From contig JBBQYG010000050.1 of the NCBI GenBank assembly GCA_038208905.1, forward strand, positions 1-25,229: a DNA stretch of 25,229 nucleotides. Direction: 5' to 3'. Shown here in pieces: positions 7,591 through 16,871 of the stretch. The position numbers and the translations under genes were made by a program. Under the pieces are notes generated by a model that worked only from the letters and a program-made list of their open reading frames with translations, was not told where the DNA came from and did no database searches. Each line of letters begins with the position of its first letter. Position 1 is the stretch's first letter. Source of the DNA: Candidatus Sumerlaeia bacterium (GTDB lineage: Bacteria; Sumerlaeota; Sumerlaeia; SLMS01).

Positions 7591-8863
7591 GCGCCAGCTC
7601 CTCCGTCGCGTGCGCCATGGGCAGCGTGAAGAAGAACGTACTGCCGCGCCCGGGCTCCGAATCGACCCACACCTCGCCGCCGTTGGCCTGCACCAGATGC
7701 TTCACGATGCTGAGGCCGAGGCCAGTTCCGCCCGCCTTGCGGGAGCGCGCCTTGTCCACGCGGTAGAACCGCTCGAAGATGCGTTGCTGGTCCTCGCGCG
7801 GAATGCCTACGCCCCGGTCCTCCACCACAAGGCAAAGCGCATCGGCGTGGGTGCGTGCGGTGATGAGGACCTCCGAGTCCTCGTCGGAATACTTGATCGC
7901 GTTCTCCACCAGGTTGAACAACACGCGTTCTATGCTCGCCTGGTCGGCCCGTGCCTCGGGAAGCAACTGGGGCACCGCGTTGACGATGGCGATCCGTTTC
8001 TTGTTCGCCTCGCTGGCCAGCGTGGAGACGGCGGTCTCCACGAGCGGATGTATATGCAGCGGGGCGATCTTGAGCTGCATGCCGCGCGACTCGATGCGCG
8101 AGAGCGTCAGCAGGTCCTCGATCAGCGCATGAAGCCGCAGCGCGTGCTGGTGGACCACGGGGAGGAATCGCGCATACGGCGGAGGGGAGTCGGGGCTCGA
8201 CGGCTCGAGGCAAGTTTCCACATAGCCCCGGATCGCGGCGAGCGGCGTGCGCAATTCGTGGGAGACGTTGGCGACGAATTCCGAGCGCAGGACTTCCGCG
8301 CGTTTCTGGGCGCTGATGTCGATCGCCGTCAGGATAAGGCCATTCTCGATGCCTTCGTCGCTGTATGGGGTGCACCGCACCAGCACGTCGCGTGGCGGCG
8401 TCGTTGCTAGGTGAACCTCCACGGCTTTCGGAACTCCCATCTCGCGCGCCACGCGGAGCGCCGACGCCAGCGTGTGATCGTCCCCGGGCCCTACGCTATC
8501 CATGCGCAGCGGCTGGCCCAGCGCGCCGCGAAACATCGTCGCAAAGCCTGCGTTCAGAAAGATCACGCGCGTGCCGCAATCCAGCAGCGCGATGCCTTCC
8601 GGAATCGCGGCGAGAACCGCTTGAAGACGGCCCTGATCGCGCCTGGCGTCGATCCATGCCTGCTGGACGAGGTCGAGATACTCCGGCGAATCGATGTCGG
8701 GCTGCGCGGCGGAGTTCCGATTTCCGCTGGCCCGGACAAGTTCCCTCACCAGACGCGACCAGAACGCATCTCGCCGCCTGGCCATGCGGATGCGCCGCCG
8801 GGTCAGGGCGAAGCATCCCCCCGCGCCGACGGCGACTCCGCCGCAGAGAATCAGTATGTCCAT
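7583..8863 (-). CDS. phoR: PhoR-like sensor histidine kinase (TM-PAS-HisKA-HATPase)
   Basis: EFVANVSHELRTPLAAIRGYVET (H-box), NLVENAIKYS, DRGVGIP, RIFERFYRVDKARSR and GGTGLGLSIVKH are typical of PhoR. ATG 8863 chosen; TTG 8872 is an alternative. Confidence 0.85.
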   Translation of the reverse strand: MDILILCGGVAVGAGGCFALTRRRIRMARRRDAFWSRLVRELVRASGNRNSAAQPDIDSPEYLDLVQQAWIDARRDQGRLQAVLAAIPEGIALLDCGTRVIFLNAGFATMFRGALGQPLRMDSVGPGDDHTLASALRVAREMGVPKAVEVHLATTPPRDVLVRCTPYSDEGIENGLILTAIDISAQKRAEVLRSEFVANVSHELRTPLAAIRGYVETCLEPSSPDSPPPYARFLPVVHQHALRLHALIEDLLTLSRIESRGMQLKIAPLHIHPLVETAVSTLASEANKKRIAIVNAVPQLLPEARADQASIERVLFNLVENAIKYSDEDSEVLITARTHADALCLVVEDRGVGIPREDQQRIFERFYRVDKARSRKAGGTGLGLSIVKHLVQANGGEVWVDSEPGRGSTFFFTLPMAHATEELARV

Positions 8864-8936
8864 TGCCGTCAAACCGCATCACCCCATGGCGCGGCCCGGG
8901 CGGGTGCCGCAGGGGCAGAGAACGCGCCTCGCTGTC

Positions 8937-9689
8937 TCAAATCAAGCCCAGTTGCTCCTCGTCCTCTTCAAGGACTCCCATGTCCTCCAGCGGTGCGCGC
9001 TCTGAATCGGCGAAACGGTATCCGACGCCGCGAATCGTCTCGACGTAGGCCGCGCCGGCGGGACCGACCTTCTGGCGCAGGCGCTTGATGTGCGTGTCCA
9101 CCGTGCGGTCGGTCACGTTGTGAACATAGCCCCAGACGTTCTCAAGAAGCTGTGTGCGCGAGAGTACCTTGCCGCGCCGCAGCAGCAGTTCCTGCAACAG
9201 GCGGAATTCGGTCGATGTGAGGATGATAGGCTCTCCGTTGACGGAAACCTCGAAGCGGTCGGGGTCGATGCGGAACGGGCCGAAAGTCACCACGACGTCC
9301 GTCCCGGGAAGGGGATTCGCAAGGCGGCGAAGGAGGCCCTTGATGCGGAGGATTACTTCGCGGGGAGAGAAGGGCTTCGTTACGTAGTCGTCCGCGCCGA
9401 GTTCCAAACCCACGATGCGATCCACTTCGTCGGCCTTGGCGGTCAGCATGATCACGGGGATCTGGGCGGTCTTCTCGCCGCGCTTGAGCGTGCGGAAGAC
9501 CTCCAGCCCGTCCACGTCGGGAAGCATCAGGTCCAGAATGATCAGATTGGGGAGGTGCTTCTGGGCGAGTTCGATGGCGTCCCTGCCATTGAGCGCCTTC
9601 AGGGTTCCAAAGCCGTTTCGCTCAAGATTGAAGATCAGCAACTCCGCCAGATCTTCCTCGTCATCGACGACTAGCACGGTGTCCGCCAT
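8937..9689 (-). CDS. phoB: PhoB/OmpR family response regulator, 250 aa
   Basis: ATG 9689 with AAGGAG; VLVVDDE, LDLMLP, IPVIMLTAK, GADDYVTKPFSPRE, TEFRLL, DRTVDTHIKRLRQK and ETIRGVGYRF; directly upstream of the PhoR-like kinase. Confidence 0.85.
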   Translation of the reverse strand: MADTVLVVDDEEDLAELLIFNLERNGFGTLKALNGRDAIELAQKHLPNLIILDLMLPDVDGLEVFRTLKRGEKTAQIPVIMLTAKADEVDRIVGLELGADDYVTKPFSPREVILRIKGLLRRLANPLPGTDVVVTFGPFRIDPDRFEVSVNGEPIILTSTEFRLLQELLLRRGKVLSRTQLLENVWGYVHNVTDRTVDTHIKRLRQKVGPAGAAYVETIRGVGYRFADSERAPLEDMGVLEEDEEQLGLI

Positions 9690-9923
9690 GATGGCTCCTT
9701 GGTGAGCGGGGCGATGTCTGGTTCGGGGGGAAACCTTCCCGCCAAGCCGACACCTAGCGTTTTTCATCGCGCCCGGCCACCGCAACCCGTTCCTCCCACT
9801 GCCTCCGAAATGTCACAGAGGCGGAAAAACAGGGAAAACACGCTGGACAGGGCAGCCCGCCAATCCTCATCATCGCCAACCGAGTCACGATTCAGGGCGA
9901 ATCGGCGGGGAGAACGGGAAATC

Positions 9924-11411
9924 ATGGTATCGCACATCGGTAATGTACCGCAGTTCCTTGCCGCAGCCATGTTGGCCGGGGCGCTTGTGTCGTTGGCGCC
10001 GGGTCAGGGCAACAATCGGCAGAGCTCGAACTCCAATTCGAACTCGGGTCAGCGCCAAACCACTGGCGGGACCACTGTCTCGACGGGCTCTTCCACTGGG
10101 CAGAATCGCCAGAATGCCAATGAGCAGAATTCCACAAATCAGGGCAAAGGAAACCAGCGCCCCGCTCGCAATCAAGAGGCAGCCGCAAAGGAAAGCGAGG
10201 GGGCCAAGGGCCAGCCCAAGGCAGCCGCCGGCCAGCCGGAGCAGGCGGCACCCACCCGCCGCGGGGCAGCCGCGCCGCGGGCCGCCGCGGCGCCCGCGGC
10301 ACCGGCGCTCGGCGAATTCAAGGTCATCGTCGATGCCGACTCCCGGATGCTACGCATTCACCCCGCCGGAAAGCCCGACCGCCAGGACATGTCGGTGACC
10401 ATCGGCGAGGAGTTCACCACGGAGATCACCTTCGACAATCGCGATGTCGTTCCCTTCGACGAGATTCGCGTGCTGCTCTCCTACAACTCCGAGTTTGTGG
10501 AGCCCCTCTCCATCGGCGACGCGGCCGTCGCCTCTTTCATCGAAGGGGAGCCAACGGCGGAGGTCGATCCGCTGGCGGGGATGATTCTCTACGAGGCCAA
10601 GCTCAAGAAACCGCTCCCCCTGAACGATGCCCCCGTCCTAACGGTCAAGTGGAGCGCTTTGCGGACCACTCCGGGCACCGAAATCGAGTTCAGCTCTCGA
10701 GACGCCCTGCGGACGTCCATCGTTGGCGCCGGTGTGGACCTGCTCGGAAATCGCCGTGATCCCGCCGACGGCACGCTGAACATGAGCCTGCGCATCCTGC
10801 CCCGCAACCAGCGCGAAGCCGAGGCGATGCTCTCCGACCCGACCGTATTTACAGGGGCCGATTCCAAGGTGGGCGGGGTGAGGATGTATATCAAGCCGCC
10901 GGAGGGCCCCGTTGTGGTGGGCGAGCCGTTCCACTTGGACCTGGTGCTCGACAACCGCGCCTTCTCCAGCCTCGACGGCATCAGCGCCCTGATCCAGTTC
11001 GACCCCTCGGTTATCGAGGTGCTCGACACCGACAAGGACAATTGGATTACCCGCGAGGCCAATATACTCGACGGACCGTTCCGCAAGGACTTCCCGTGGT
11101 CCTTCCACCTTGAGAACATTGTCTACAACTCGCGCGGGCTGATCAGCTACCGCAAGGGGACCGGCGACGCCACGCTCACGCGCGGGAGAAGCGCCACCTT
11201 TGCTCGTATCTACGCCGTGGCCAAGCGGCCAACCGCGGGCTCCGCCGTGGTGTTCCGCTTCACCCGCGACACTTCGAGCCACGGAACCGCCGCCACCTAC
11301 AACGGCATCGACTGCCTTGGCGATTCCAAGGTCTTCGCCGACGGCGCCCAGGGGATCTCCTTCCGCGTGATCCCCGAAACCCCGAGGGACGTCGCCCAGG
11401 AAATCAAGTAA
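9924..11411 (+). CDS. Secreted protein with a Q/N-rich low-complexity N-terminus and two cohesin-like beta-sandwich domains, 495 aa
   Basis: ATG 9924; hydrophobic signal-like segment; two related segments VTIGEEFTTEITFDNR...IRVLLSYNSEFVE and VVVGEPFHLDLVLDNR...ISALIQFDPSVIE fit the cohesin VG..F.V...L.Y/FDP pattern. Confidence 0.65.
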   Translation: MVSHIGNVPQFLAAAMLAGALVSLAPGQGNNRQSSNSNSNSGQRQTTGGTTVSTGSSTGQNRQNANEQNSTNQGKGNQRPARNQEAAAKESEGAKGQPKAAAGQPEQAAPTRRGAAAPRAAAAPAAPALGEFKVIVDADSRMLRIHPAGKPDRQDMSVTIGEEFTTEITFDNRDVVPFDEIRVLLSYNSEFVEPLSIGDAAVASFIEGEPTAEVDPLAGMILYEAKLKKPLPLNDAPVLTVKWSALRTTPGTEIEFSSRDALRTSIVGAGVDLLGNRRDPADGTLNMSLRILPRNQREAEAMLSDPTVFTGADSKVGGVRMYIKPPEGPVVVGEPFHLDLVLDNRAFSSLDGISALIQFDPSVIEVLDTDKDNWITREANILDGPFRKDFPWSFHLENIVYNSRGLISYRKGTGDATLTRGRSATFARIYAVAKRPTAGSAVVFRFTRDTSSHGTAATYNGIDCLGDSKVFADGAQGISFRVIPETPRDVAQEIK

Positions 11412-11431
11412 ACCACACAGGCCAGCGAAAC

Positions 11432-11914
11432 ATGGCAGGATCGACAAAGAAGAAGAAGGACCTCTTTCGCAACGACATCCAGATCGACAACCGCAAGGCG
11501 CGCTTCGACTACGAAATCATCGAGCGCCTGGAAGCGGGAATCGAACTGGACGGCAGCGAGGTCAAGAGCCTCCGCCAAGGCGGGGGAGCGCTTACCGACG
11601 TTCACGCGGTGGTGCGCGGCGCCCAAGTGTGGCTGCGCGGCATGCACATCAAGCCATACGCCCAGGGAGACCCGCGCGCCGATCCCACGCGGGAACGCCG
11701 CCTGCTTCTCAACCGCAAGGAGATCAACCGCCTCATGGGCCTCAGCGCCCAGAAGGGTCTCGCGCTGGTTCCGCTGCGGCTCTACTTCACGGCGAAGGGA
11801 TGGGCCAAGCTCGAGCTCGGCCTCTGCCGCGGCAAGAAGGCCCACGACAAGCGTGACTCCATCAGGGAGCGCGATCTCGACCGCGAGATGCGCCGCGAAT
11901 TCAAGACACGCTAA
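11432..11914 (+). CDS. smpB: SsrA-binding protein SmpB
   Basis: NRKARFDYEI, EAGIELDGSEVKSLR, HIKPY, DPTRERRLLL, LVPLRLYF, AKLELGLCRGKKAHDKR. Confidence 0.98.
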   Translation: MAGSTKKKKDLFRNDIQIDNRKARFDYEIIERLEAGIELDGSEVKSLRQGGGALTDVHAVVRGAQVWLRGMHIKPYAQGDPRADPTRERRLLLNRKEINRLMGLSAQKGLALVPLRLYFTAKGWAKLELGLCRGKKAHDKRDSIRERDLDREMRREFKTR

Positions 11915-11925
11915 GGCACTCCGTC

Positions 11926-13014
11926 ATGCGACTGCTCGCACTCCTGCTTCTCCTTTTGCCCACGGCACTGATGGCGCAGCCACGCGCGGAGGAGTACAAG
12001 CCCTCGCAGGCCGAACTCCTGATGACGCACGGCGTGAACACGGAGGCCGCATCGCTGGTCTTTTTTCTCGAGAACGGTTTCCCCGACAACCTTGCGAACG
12101 GCCTTCCGCCCAAGCCCCTGATGAAGTCGGAGATCGTGGACGCCGCCATTCGCGAGTTGGGCGGGCGCGCCGCTCCGGAGGGTGTGCCGATCCTGCAGCG
12201 AATTGTCCGCCGCGACCTTCCCCAGTCCATCGAGCGCATTATCCGCCGAGACTTCGAGGCGGTCCCGATCGAGATGCTTGACGAGTACCTCCTCCGGATG
12301 CGCCGCGTGTTGTCTCTCAATGCCATCGTGGCCCTCGGAGAGATCGGCGACCCCGAATCTGCCGCTACGATTCTCGAGGTAATGCGCTCGGAGACCTCCA
12401 CCGGCTTTACCACCAAGGGCGCCATCGCCCTCGGCCAGATGGGAAGGAATGACGGCATCCCCGCGGTCGCCATTCTGGCGTCGGATCCCGAGTCGGGCGA
12501 CAGCGTGGCGGCGTTCGACGCTCTCTTCCACCTGACGGGCCGCAATTATGGATACACGGACTTCACGGCGCTGGGACGCCGCGGCGAAATTGTTGCATTG
12601 ATGAAGCAATGGCTGGAGACCGAAGGGAAGGATTTCCCTGTCAACCGAATGGACGTCAAACGGCGCCTCGCCAGCGGAGTCCCCCTCCTCCCCGTGGATC
12701 CCGAGTCCCTTCGCGGACTCCTCCGCGCGAGCGCCGACGCCGCGAGCTATGACAACCGGTGGACCGCTCGGGAGCAACTACGCGCCACCTCCAAGGGTAG
12801 CTTCGACGAACTCAAGGCCATCGTGGAAGACACCCGCGAGGATCTCGACATTCGCCGGGCCGCCATGAGCTGGCTGGCCGCCGCCGATCCCAAGGAGGCC
12901 ATCTCCATCCTCCGCCGTCAGGAAAAAGACCGCAACCCGCAGATATCGGCGTTCGCGCTATCGCTCAAGGCGGACATCAAAGACGCCATCGCCTACGAGA
13001 AGAACCAGAAGTAG
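11926..13014 (+). CDS. Secreted HEAT-repeat protein
   Basis: Signal peptide MRLLALLLLLLPTALMA; HEAT-like repeats AAIRELGG, AIVALGEIGD, GAIALGQMG, AFDALFHLTG and IRRAAMSWL; starts 11 bp after smpB. Confidence 0.78.
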   Translation: MRLLALLLLLLPTALMAQPRAEEYKPSQAELLMTHGVNTEAASLVFFLENGFPDNLANGLPPKPLMKSEIVDAAIRELGGRAAPEGVPILQRIVRRDLPQSIERIIRRDFEAVPIEMLDEYLLRMRRVLSLNAIVALGEIGDPESAATILEVMRSETSTGFTTKGAIALGQMGRNDGIPAVAILASDPESGDSVAAFDALFHLTGRNYGYTDFTALGRRGEIVALMKQWLETEGKDFPVNRMDVKRRLASGVPLLPVDPESLRGLLRASADAASYDNRWTAREQLRATSKGSFDELKAIVEDTREDLDIRRAAMSWLAAADPKEAISILRRQEKDRNPQISAFALSLKADIKDAIAYEKNQK

Positions 13015-13177
13015 GCCGAGCGCCCGCAATCGGCCCCACGCGGGGCGTTCCTGACCGGCCATTCCTCATTGACGGCGGGGTGGCGCTTGCAGCCTCCTAC
13101 CGCGCTCCATTTGCGGCCCTCGGGCCGCATTGGCGAATTCTGTCCCAAATGCTTCGATCAGCAAGGAACCCTAGACG

Positions 13178-15256
13178 GTGATCTCCATCCAAAAAATCCG
13201 GAACCCCTACTTCATGCGCGGGTTCCTCTGGGCCATCATCCTCATCACAATTCCTTCCTTCGTCCTATTCTATGGCTTTGCCCCCAGCGACCAATCGATG
13301 GCCGCCGCCGGGCCCCTGGTTACGGTCCAAGGGCGCGATGGCAAGGTGGAGTTGACCGGGCGCGATCTCGAGCGGGCCCAGTCCAACGCAGCCCGCCACT
13401 ACACCAGCTTCCTGGCCGGTCTCGTTGATCCGAATCGCCTCGCCGGCATTCAGTCCCAGATCGAGGGCGGCATTCGCCCGAGGGAGACAGCCGACTTCGC
13501 CGTCTCGGAGATCGCCCTGGACGAGCGTCGCCAGCAGGCAGGCCTACGCGTTACCGAGGCTCAGGTCAGCGAATCGCTTCGCGCACAGAAGCTCACCCGC
13601 GAGCAGTTGAATACCTACCTGCGCAGCAGCGGCCTCAGCGAGTACGAGTTCGCCGCCAACCAGAGGGTGGTGCTCCAGGGCCAGCTCGCCGAGTTCACCG
13701 TCACGCGCATCGCGCGGACATCGCTGCTCGAACTGTGGGATGAATACTTGCAGGCCGAGGAAAAGGTCGAGGCCGAGCTGGTATCCATCACCGTGCCGTT
13801 CGTCGGCACCGAGGAGATTCCCGAATCCGATATCGAAACGCGATACGGCGACCTGCTTGAGAAACGCGACACCCAAGTCATCGAAGGCGCCAGGCGCGTT
13901 TACGAGCATGTGTTTCTTGGCGAGCCGCCCGCGATGCCGGCGGAGCCGACGGACGATGAGCTTCGCGCGGCGTATGACCAGATTCTGGATACCGACCCGG
14001 AGATCGTCGATCCCGCTGGCATTCAGGTCCGCCACATCCTGATTGGTGCCGCCGCGACGGCCGACCCCGCCGCGAAGGACGCGGCAAAGGCGCGCGCAGA
14101 GGGAATCCGCACGCGGGTCCTCGCCGGAGAAAACTTCGGCGACCTGGCGAATCAGTTCACCGAAGATACCCGGAACATGACCTTTCCGCAGGGTATCGCG
14201 GAGGATTCCACCACGTCGCCGACGCTGCTTGGCGGAACGCTTCCGGACCTGCTTTCGGGCGAGGAAGTCGGCGCGTGGGGCCAGCCCTACATACAGTTCG
14301 TCCGCGAGTCGAAAATCGGCGAAACGTCGGAAGTGATCGATACTCCCCAGGGATTCGTGGTCTCTCAGGTGATTGAACGCCGCGAGGCCAAGCGCAAGTC
14401 CTTCGACGAGGTGCGGGAAACCCTCGCGACGCGGCTTGCCGCGGTAATGACCAAGCGCGCCAACGACGCCCGCACGGAACGGCTGGCGGCGAAGGAGAAG
14501 ACCCTGCGCGAAGCGGTTGCTTCCCAGACCACCATCGAAGGAATCGCGCGGGCGGCTGGCGCCGAGGTCGTGACAACCTCGCCCACGCTGGTCTCGTCGT
14601 CGTCGATTCCCGGCATCGGGGGCTTGAACCGGGAGCGCACCGCGTTGACGAGCCTGAAGGCCGGCCTGCTGAGCAACGTCCTGCAGGCCGACGCTGGCGG
14701 CGTGGCGGTCATTCGGATCAAGGAAGAGATCGCCGAGCGCGAGAAGGAACTTTCGGAAGTTACCTCCACGATCCGATCGGCGATCCAGCGCGAGCGCGAA
14801 GTGGAGAAGGCGCTTGCCAGAGGCGAAGAGCTGAAGGCACGCGTCGTGGCTGGGGAGAACTTCACGAGCGCGACTTTGGCGATGAAGCTCGAATTTGCCA
14901 AGCCGCCGTTGGAGCCCTTTACCCGCGCCGAATTGCCGACCCAATTTCGCAACGCCATTGACTTTGGCCCCATGCTGGCCAGCGCCAAGGCGGGCGATGT
15001 GCTGGTCTTCAAGACCGGCTTCGGGACCTTCATCCAGACTGTCGGCATCCTCCACGTGAAGAATGTGGCCTCCCCCAGCATCGAGAAGTTCCTGGCGGAG
15101 GACGTGGGGAACTACGAGTCGCTGATGCTATCGCGCAAGCAGCGCAGCTTCGTGGAGGAGTACCGCCGCTCAGCCAAGGACACACTCAAGGCAACCTATA
15201 GCGACCTGCTCTCAGAAGAAGAGAAGCCCAGAAAGGCCGGGCCATCGGGCTCCTAA
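13178..15256 (+). CDS. PpiD-like membrane-anchored periplasmic chaperone (SurA_N-like region plus parvulin domain)
   Basis: N-terminal MISIQKIR...FLWAIILITIPSFVLFYG anchor typical of PpiD; parvulin features VRHILI, AEGIRTRVLAGENFGDLANQFTED, GETSEVIDTPQGF and KSFDEVRE; 692 aa. Confidence 0.82.
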   Translation: MISIQKIRNPYFMRGFLWAIILITIPSFVLFYGFAPSDQSMAAAGPLVTVQGRDGKVELTGRDLERAQSNAARHYTSFLAGLVDPNRLAGIQSQIEGGIRPRETADFAVSEIALDERRQQAGLRVTEAQVSESLRAQKLTREQLNTYLRSSGLSEYEFAANQRVVLQGQLAEFTVTRIARTSLLELWDEYLQAEEKVEAELVSITVPFVGTEEIPESDIETRYGDLLEKRDTQVIEGARRVYEHVFLGEPPAMPAEPTDDELRAAYDQILDTDPEIVDPAGIQVRHILIGAAATADPAAKDAAKARAEGIRTRVLAGENFGDLANQFTEDTRNMTFPQGIAEDSTTSPTLLGGTLPDLLSGEEVGAWGQPYIQFVRESKIGETSEVIDTPQGFVVSQVIERREAKRKSFDEVRETLATRLAAVMTKRANDARTERLAAKEKTLREAVASQTTIEGIARAAGAEVVTTSPTLVSSSSIPGIGGLNRERTALTSLKAGLLSNVLQADAGGVAVIRIKEEIAEREKELSEVTSTIRSAIQREREVEKALARGEELKARVVAGENFTSATLAMKLEFAKPPLEPFTRAELPTQFRNAIDFGPMLASAKAGDVLVFKTGFGTFIQTVGILHVKNVASPSIEKFLAEDVGNYESLMLSRKQRSFVEEYRRSAKDTLKATYSDLLSEEEKPRKAGPSGS

Positions 15257-15286
15257 TCGAGCAGTCCCAATCCGAATCCTGATCGC

Positions 15287-15323
15287 GCGCCCGCCGGAAT
15301 CCCCGGCGGGCGCAGCCGTTTTC
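15287..15323 (+). terminator. Probable intrinsic terminator after the ppiD-like gene
   Basis: 11-bp stem GCGCCCGCCGG/CCGGCGGGCGC with a 5-nt loop, followed by AGCCGTTTT (weak, displaced U-tract). Confidence 0.5.
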
Positions 15324-15574
15324 GATGATCGGATGCGATTTCCGGGATAAGCCCTTTAGTGCCGAAATAAATCGTTTGTATTCCGTGCAATTCCGCACGC
15401 AAACCCCGCGCTACAAGGCTTTCGCCGCGATTTTGGTGGCGCGTTGCCGATGCCAGGAACGAGTAAATTGCCATTGAGTGATAGGCGCCGTGGTTGGCTT
15501 CCGCATGGCTGCCAAACCGTGGCGACAATTTCCGTCCGACCCCCGCGGACGCACCGCTTTCAGAGGTTCCGAAG

Positions 15575-16774
15575 ATGCCCAAATCAAATAAGTCCGCAGA
15601 ACCCTCCAAGCCCGAAGAGATGACTAAGCCCAAGGCGGCGGCATCCAAGCCCGCGCCAAAGGCGAAGGCTGCTCCCGCGCTCAAGGCGGCGGCGAAGAAG
15701 CCCGCGTCCAAGTTGGCCACCCCCGGGAAGGCCGAGGCTCCCGCCAAGAATCCCGCCGTAAAGGCACCGGCTGCCAGCCGCAAGAAGCCCGCGGTGGCTA
15801 CCTCCGACGCGCCGCGGGAAGCGATGCTGGCGCTGGAGACCGAGAACCGCGAACTCCCCCACGAGTACGGCGATACGAAGATCGTGCTGATGACGCGCGA
15901 CCCCGAGTGGATGTTCGTCTATTGGGAGATCAGCCAAGCGGCGCGCCGCAAGTTTGGCATCGAACGCGGACGCCACACGCGGCCCCTTGTGCTCCGCGTT
16001 TCCGAGCGCGTCAGCGGCAACGGCTACGCGCCTTCCTATGACGTCGAGATCAACGACCACGCCACCTCCTCGTGGTACTTGCGCATCAAGAGCCCCCTCG
16101 CGGCCGTCCGCGTGTCGGTGGGCATCTACGACGAGAAGGCTGGCTTCCGCGAGATTGCAACTTCGCGCGAAGTGCAATTGCCGCGTCTCGGCCTTGCCGA
16201 GGAATCCGACATCGAGTTTGCCGAGATCAACGACGAGGTCTATGGCCAGATCGTGAAGCTCTCCGGCGGCGCTCACGTGGCTGATCGGCCCAGCGCGCCC
16301 GGCGACGATTTCCTCCGCGGCGTTCAGCAGCGCATCATCCAAACTCTCTACGAAGGCCCCTTCTCCAGCGGCGGTGGATTGTCCAGCGGCGCGCTCTATT
16401 CCAGCGGTTCGTTCTTCGGCCTCTCGAGTGGACTTCTCGGCGGCTCCAGCAGCTTCATGCTCCCCTCCTCGTTTGCAAGCGCGGCGGGAGGCGAGGAATC
16501 GCTCAAGCGGCCCAAGGGGAACTCCACCGACTTCTGGCTGGAGGTCGGCGTGGATGTGATCGTCTACGGCGCCACGCGTCCCGACGCGAAGGTGCGCTTC
16601 ATGGGGCAGGACATCAACCTGACGCCCGACGGCACCTTCCGCATTCGAATGGTGCTCCCCGATACCTCCGTGGAATTCCCCGTCGAGGCCACCAGCGCCG
16701 ACGGCAAGGAACTCCGAAAGGTGAAGCCCGTCGTCCGCCGCCACACCGAGGGCGACCCCCACAAGCCGGCGTAA
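15575..16774 (+). CDS. DUF4912 domain-containing protein with a Lys/Ala/Pro-rich N-terminus, 399 aa
   Basis: ATG 15575 with GAGG upstream; ELPHEYGDTKIVLMTRDPEWMFVYWEI, SSWY, a Ser/Gly-rich linker, and C-terminal FWLEV...VYGATRPDAKV...DGTFR...PD are typical of this family. Confidence 0.87.
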   Translation: MPKSNKSAEPSKPEEMTKPKAAASKPAPKAKAAPALKAAAKKPASKLATPGKAEAPAKNPAVKAPAASRKKPAVATSDAPREAMLALETENRELPHEYGDTKIVLMTRDPEWMFVYWEISQAARRKFGIERGRHTRPLVLRVSERVSGNGYAPSYDVEINDHATSSWYLRIKSPLAAVRVSVGIYDEKAGFREIATSREVQLPRLGLAEESDIEFAEINDEVYGQIVKLSGGAHVADRPSAPGDDFLRGVQQRIIQTLYEGPFSSGGGLSSGALYSSGSFFGLSSGLLGGSSSFMLPSSFASAAGGEESLKRPKGNSTDFWLEVGVDVIVYGATRPDAKVRFMGQDINLTPDGTFRIRMVLPDTSVEFPVEATSADGKELRKVKPVVRRHTEGDPHKPA

Positions 16775-16804
16775 GTCAAGGCTTCTGGTTGCGGGAAAAA
16801 GCCC

Positions 16805-16833
16805 TTGTCGGGAGCGCCCTCATGGGCAATCCT
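16805..16833 (+). promoter_or_regulatory. Possible sigma70 promoter for a 6S RNA precursor
   Basis: TTGTCG-N17-AATCCT, A-tract upstream; imperfect -10. Confidence 0.3.
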
Positions 16834-16871
16834 GAGCCCGTTGGCGTGATGTCCCGACCGCCGGCGAAGAC

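Noticed and set aside
9805-9850. TGTCAC half-site upstream of phoB as a Pho box
   Set aside because: No second half-site at 11-bp spacing on either strand.
11412-11930. tmRNA (ssrA) or an integrated element next to smpB
   Set aside because: Flanking gaps are only 20 and 11 bp, and no tRNA-like ends or integrase are seen in the window.
13069-13100. TTGACG as the -35 of a ppiD promoter
   Set aside because: No acceptable -10 hexamer at 16-18 bp spacing.
15434-15454. TGGTGGCGCGTTGCCGATGC as a sigma54 promoter
   Set aside because: GG-to-GC spacing does not fit the strict -24/-12 geometry in either register.
16822-16838. ATGGGCAATCCTGAGCC matches my recollection of the Q element of the tRNA-Leu group I intron; GACUU/GAGUC downstream could mimic P7
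   Set aside because: No flanking tRNA exons, the J3/4 and J4/5 segments are non-canonical, there is no P8 helix, and the downstream sequence is fully explained by the 6S fold.
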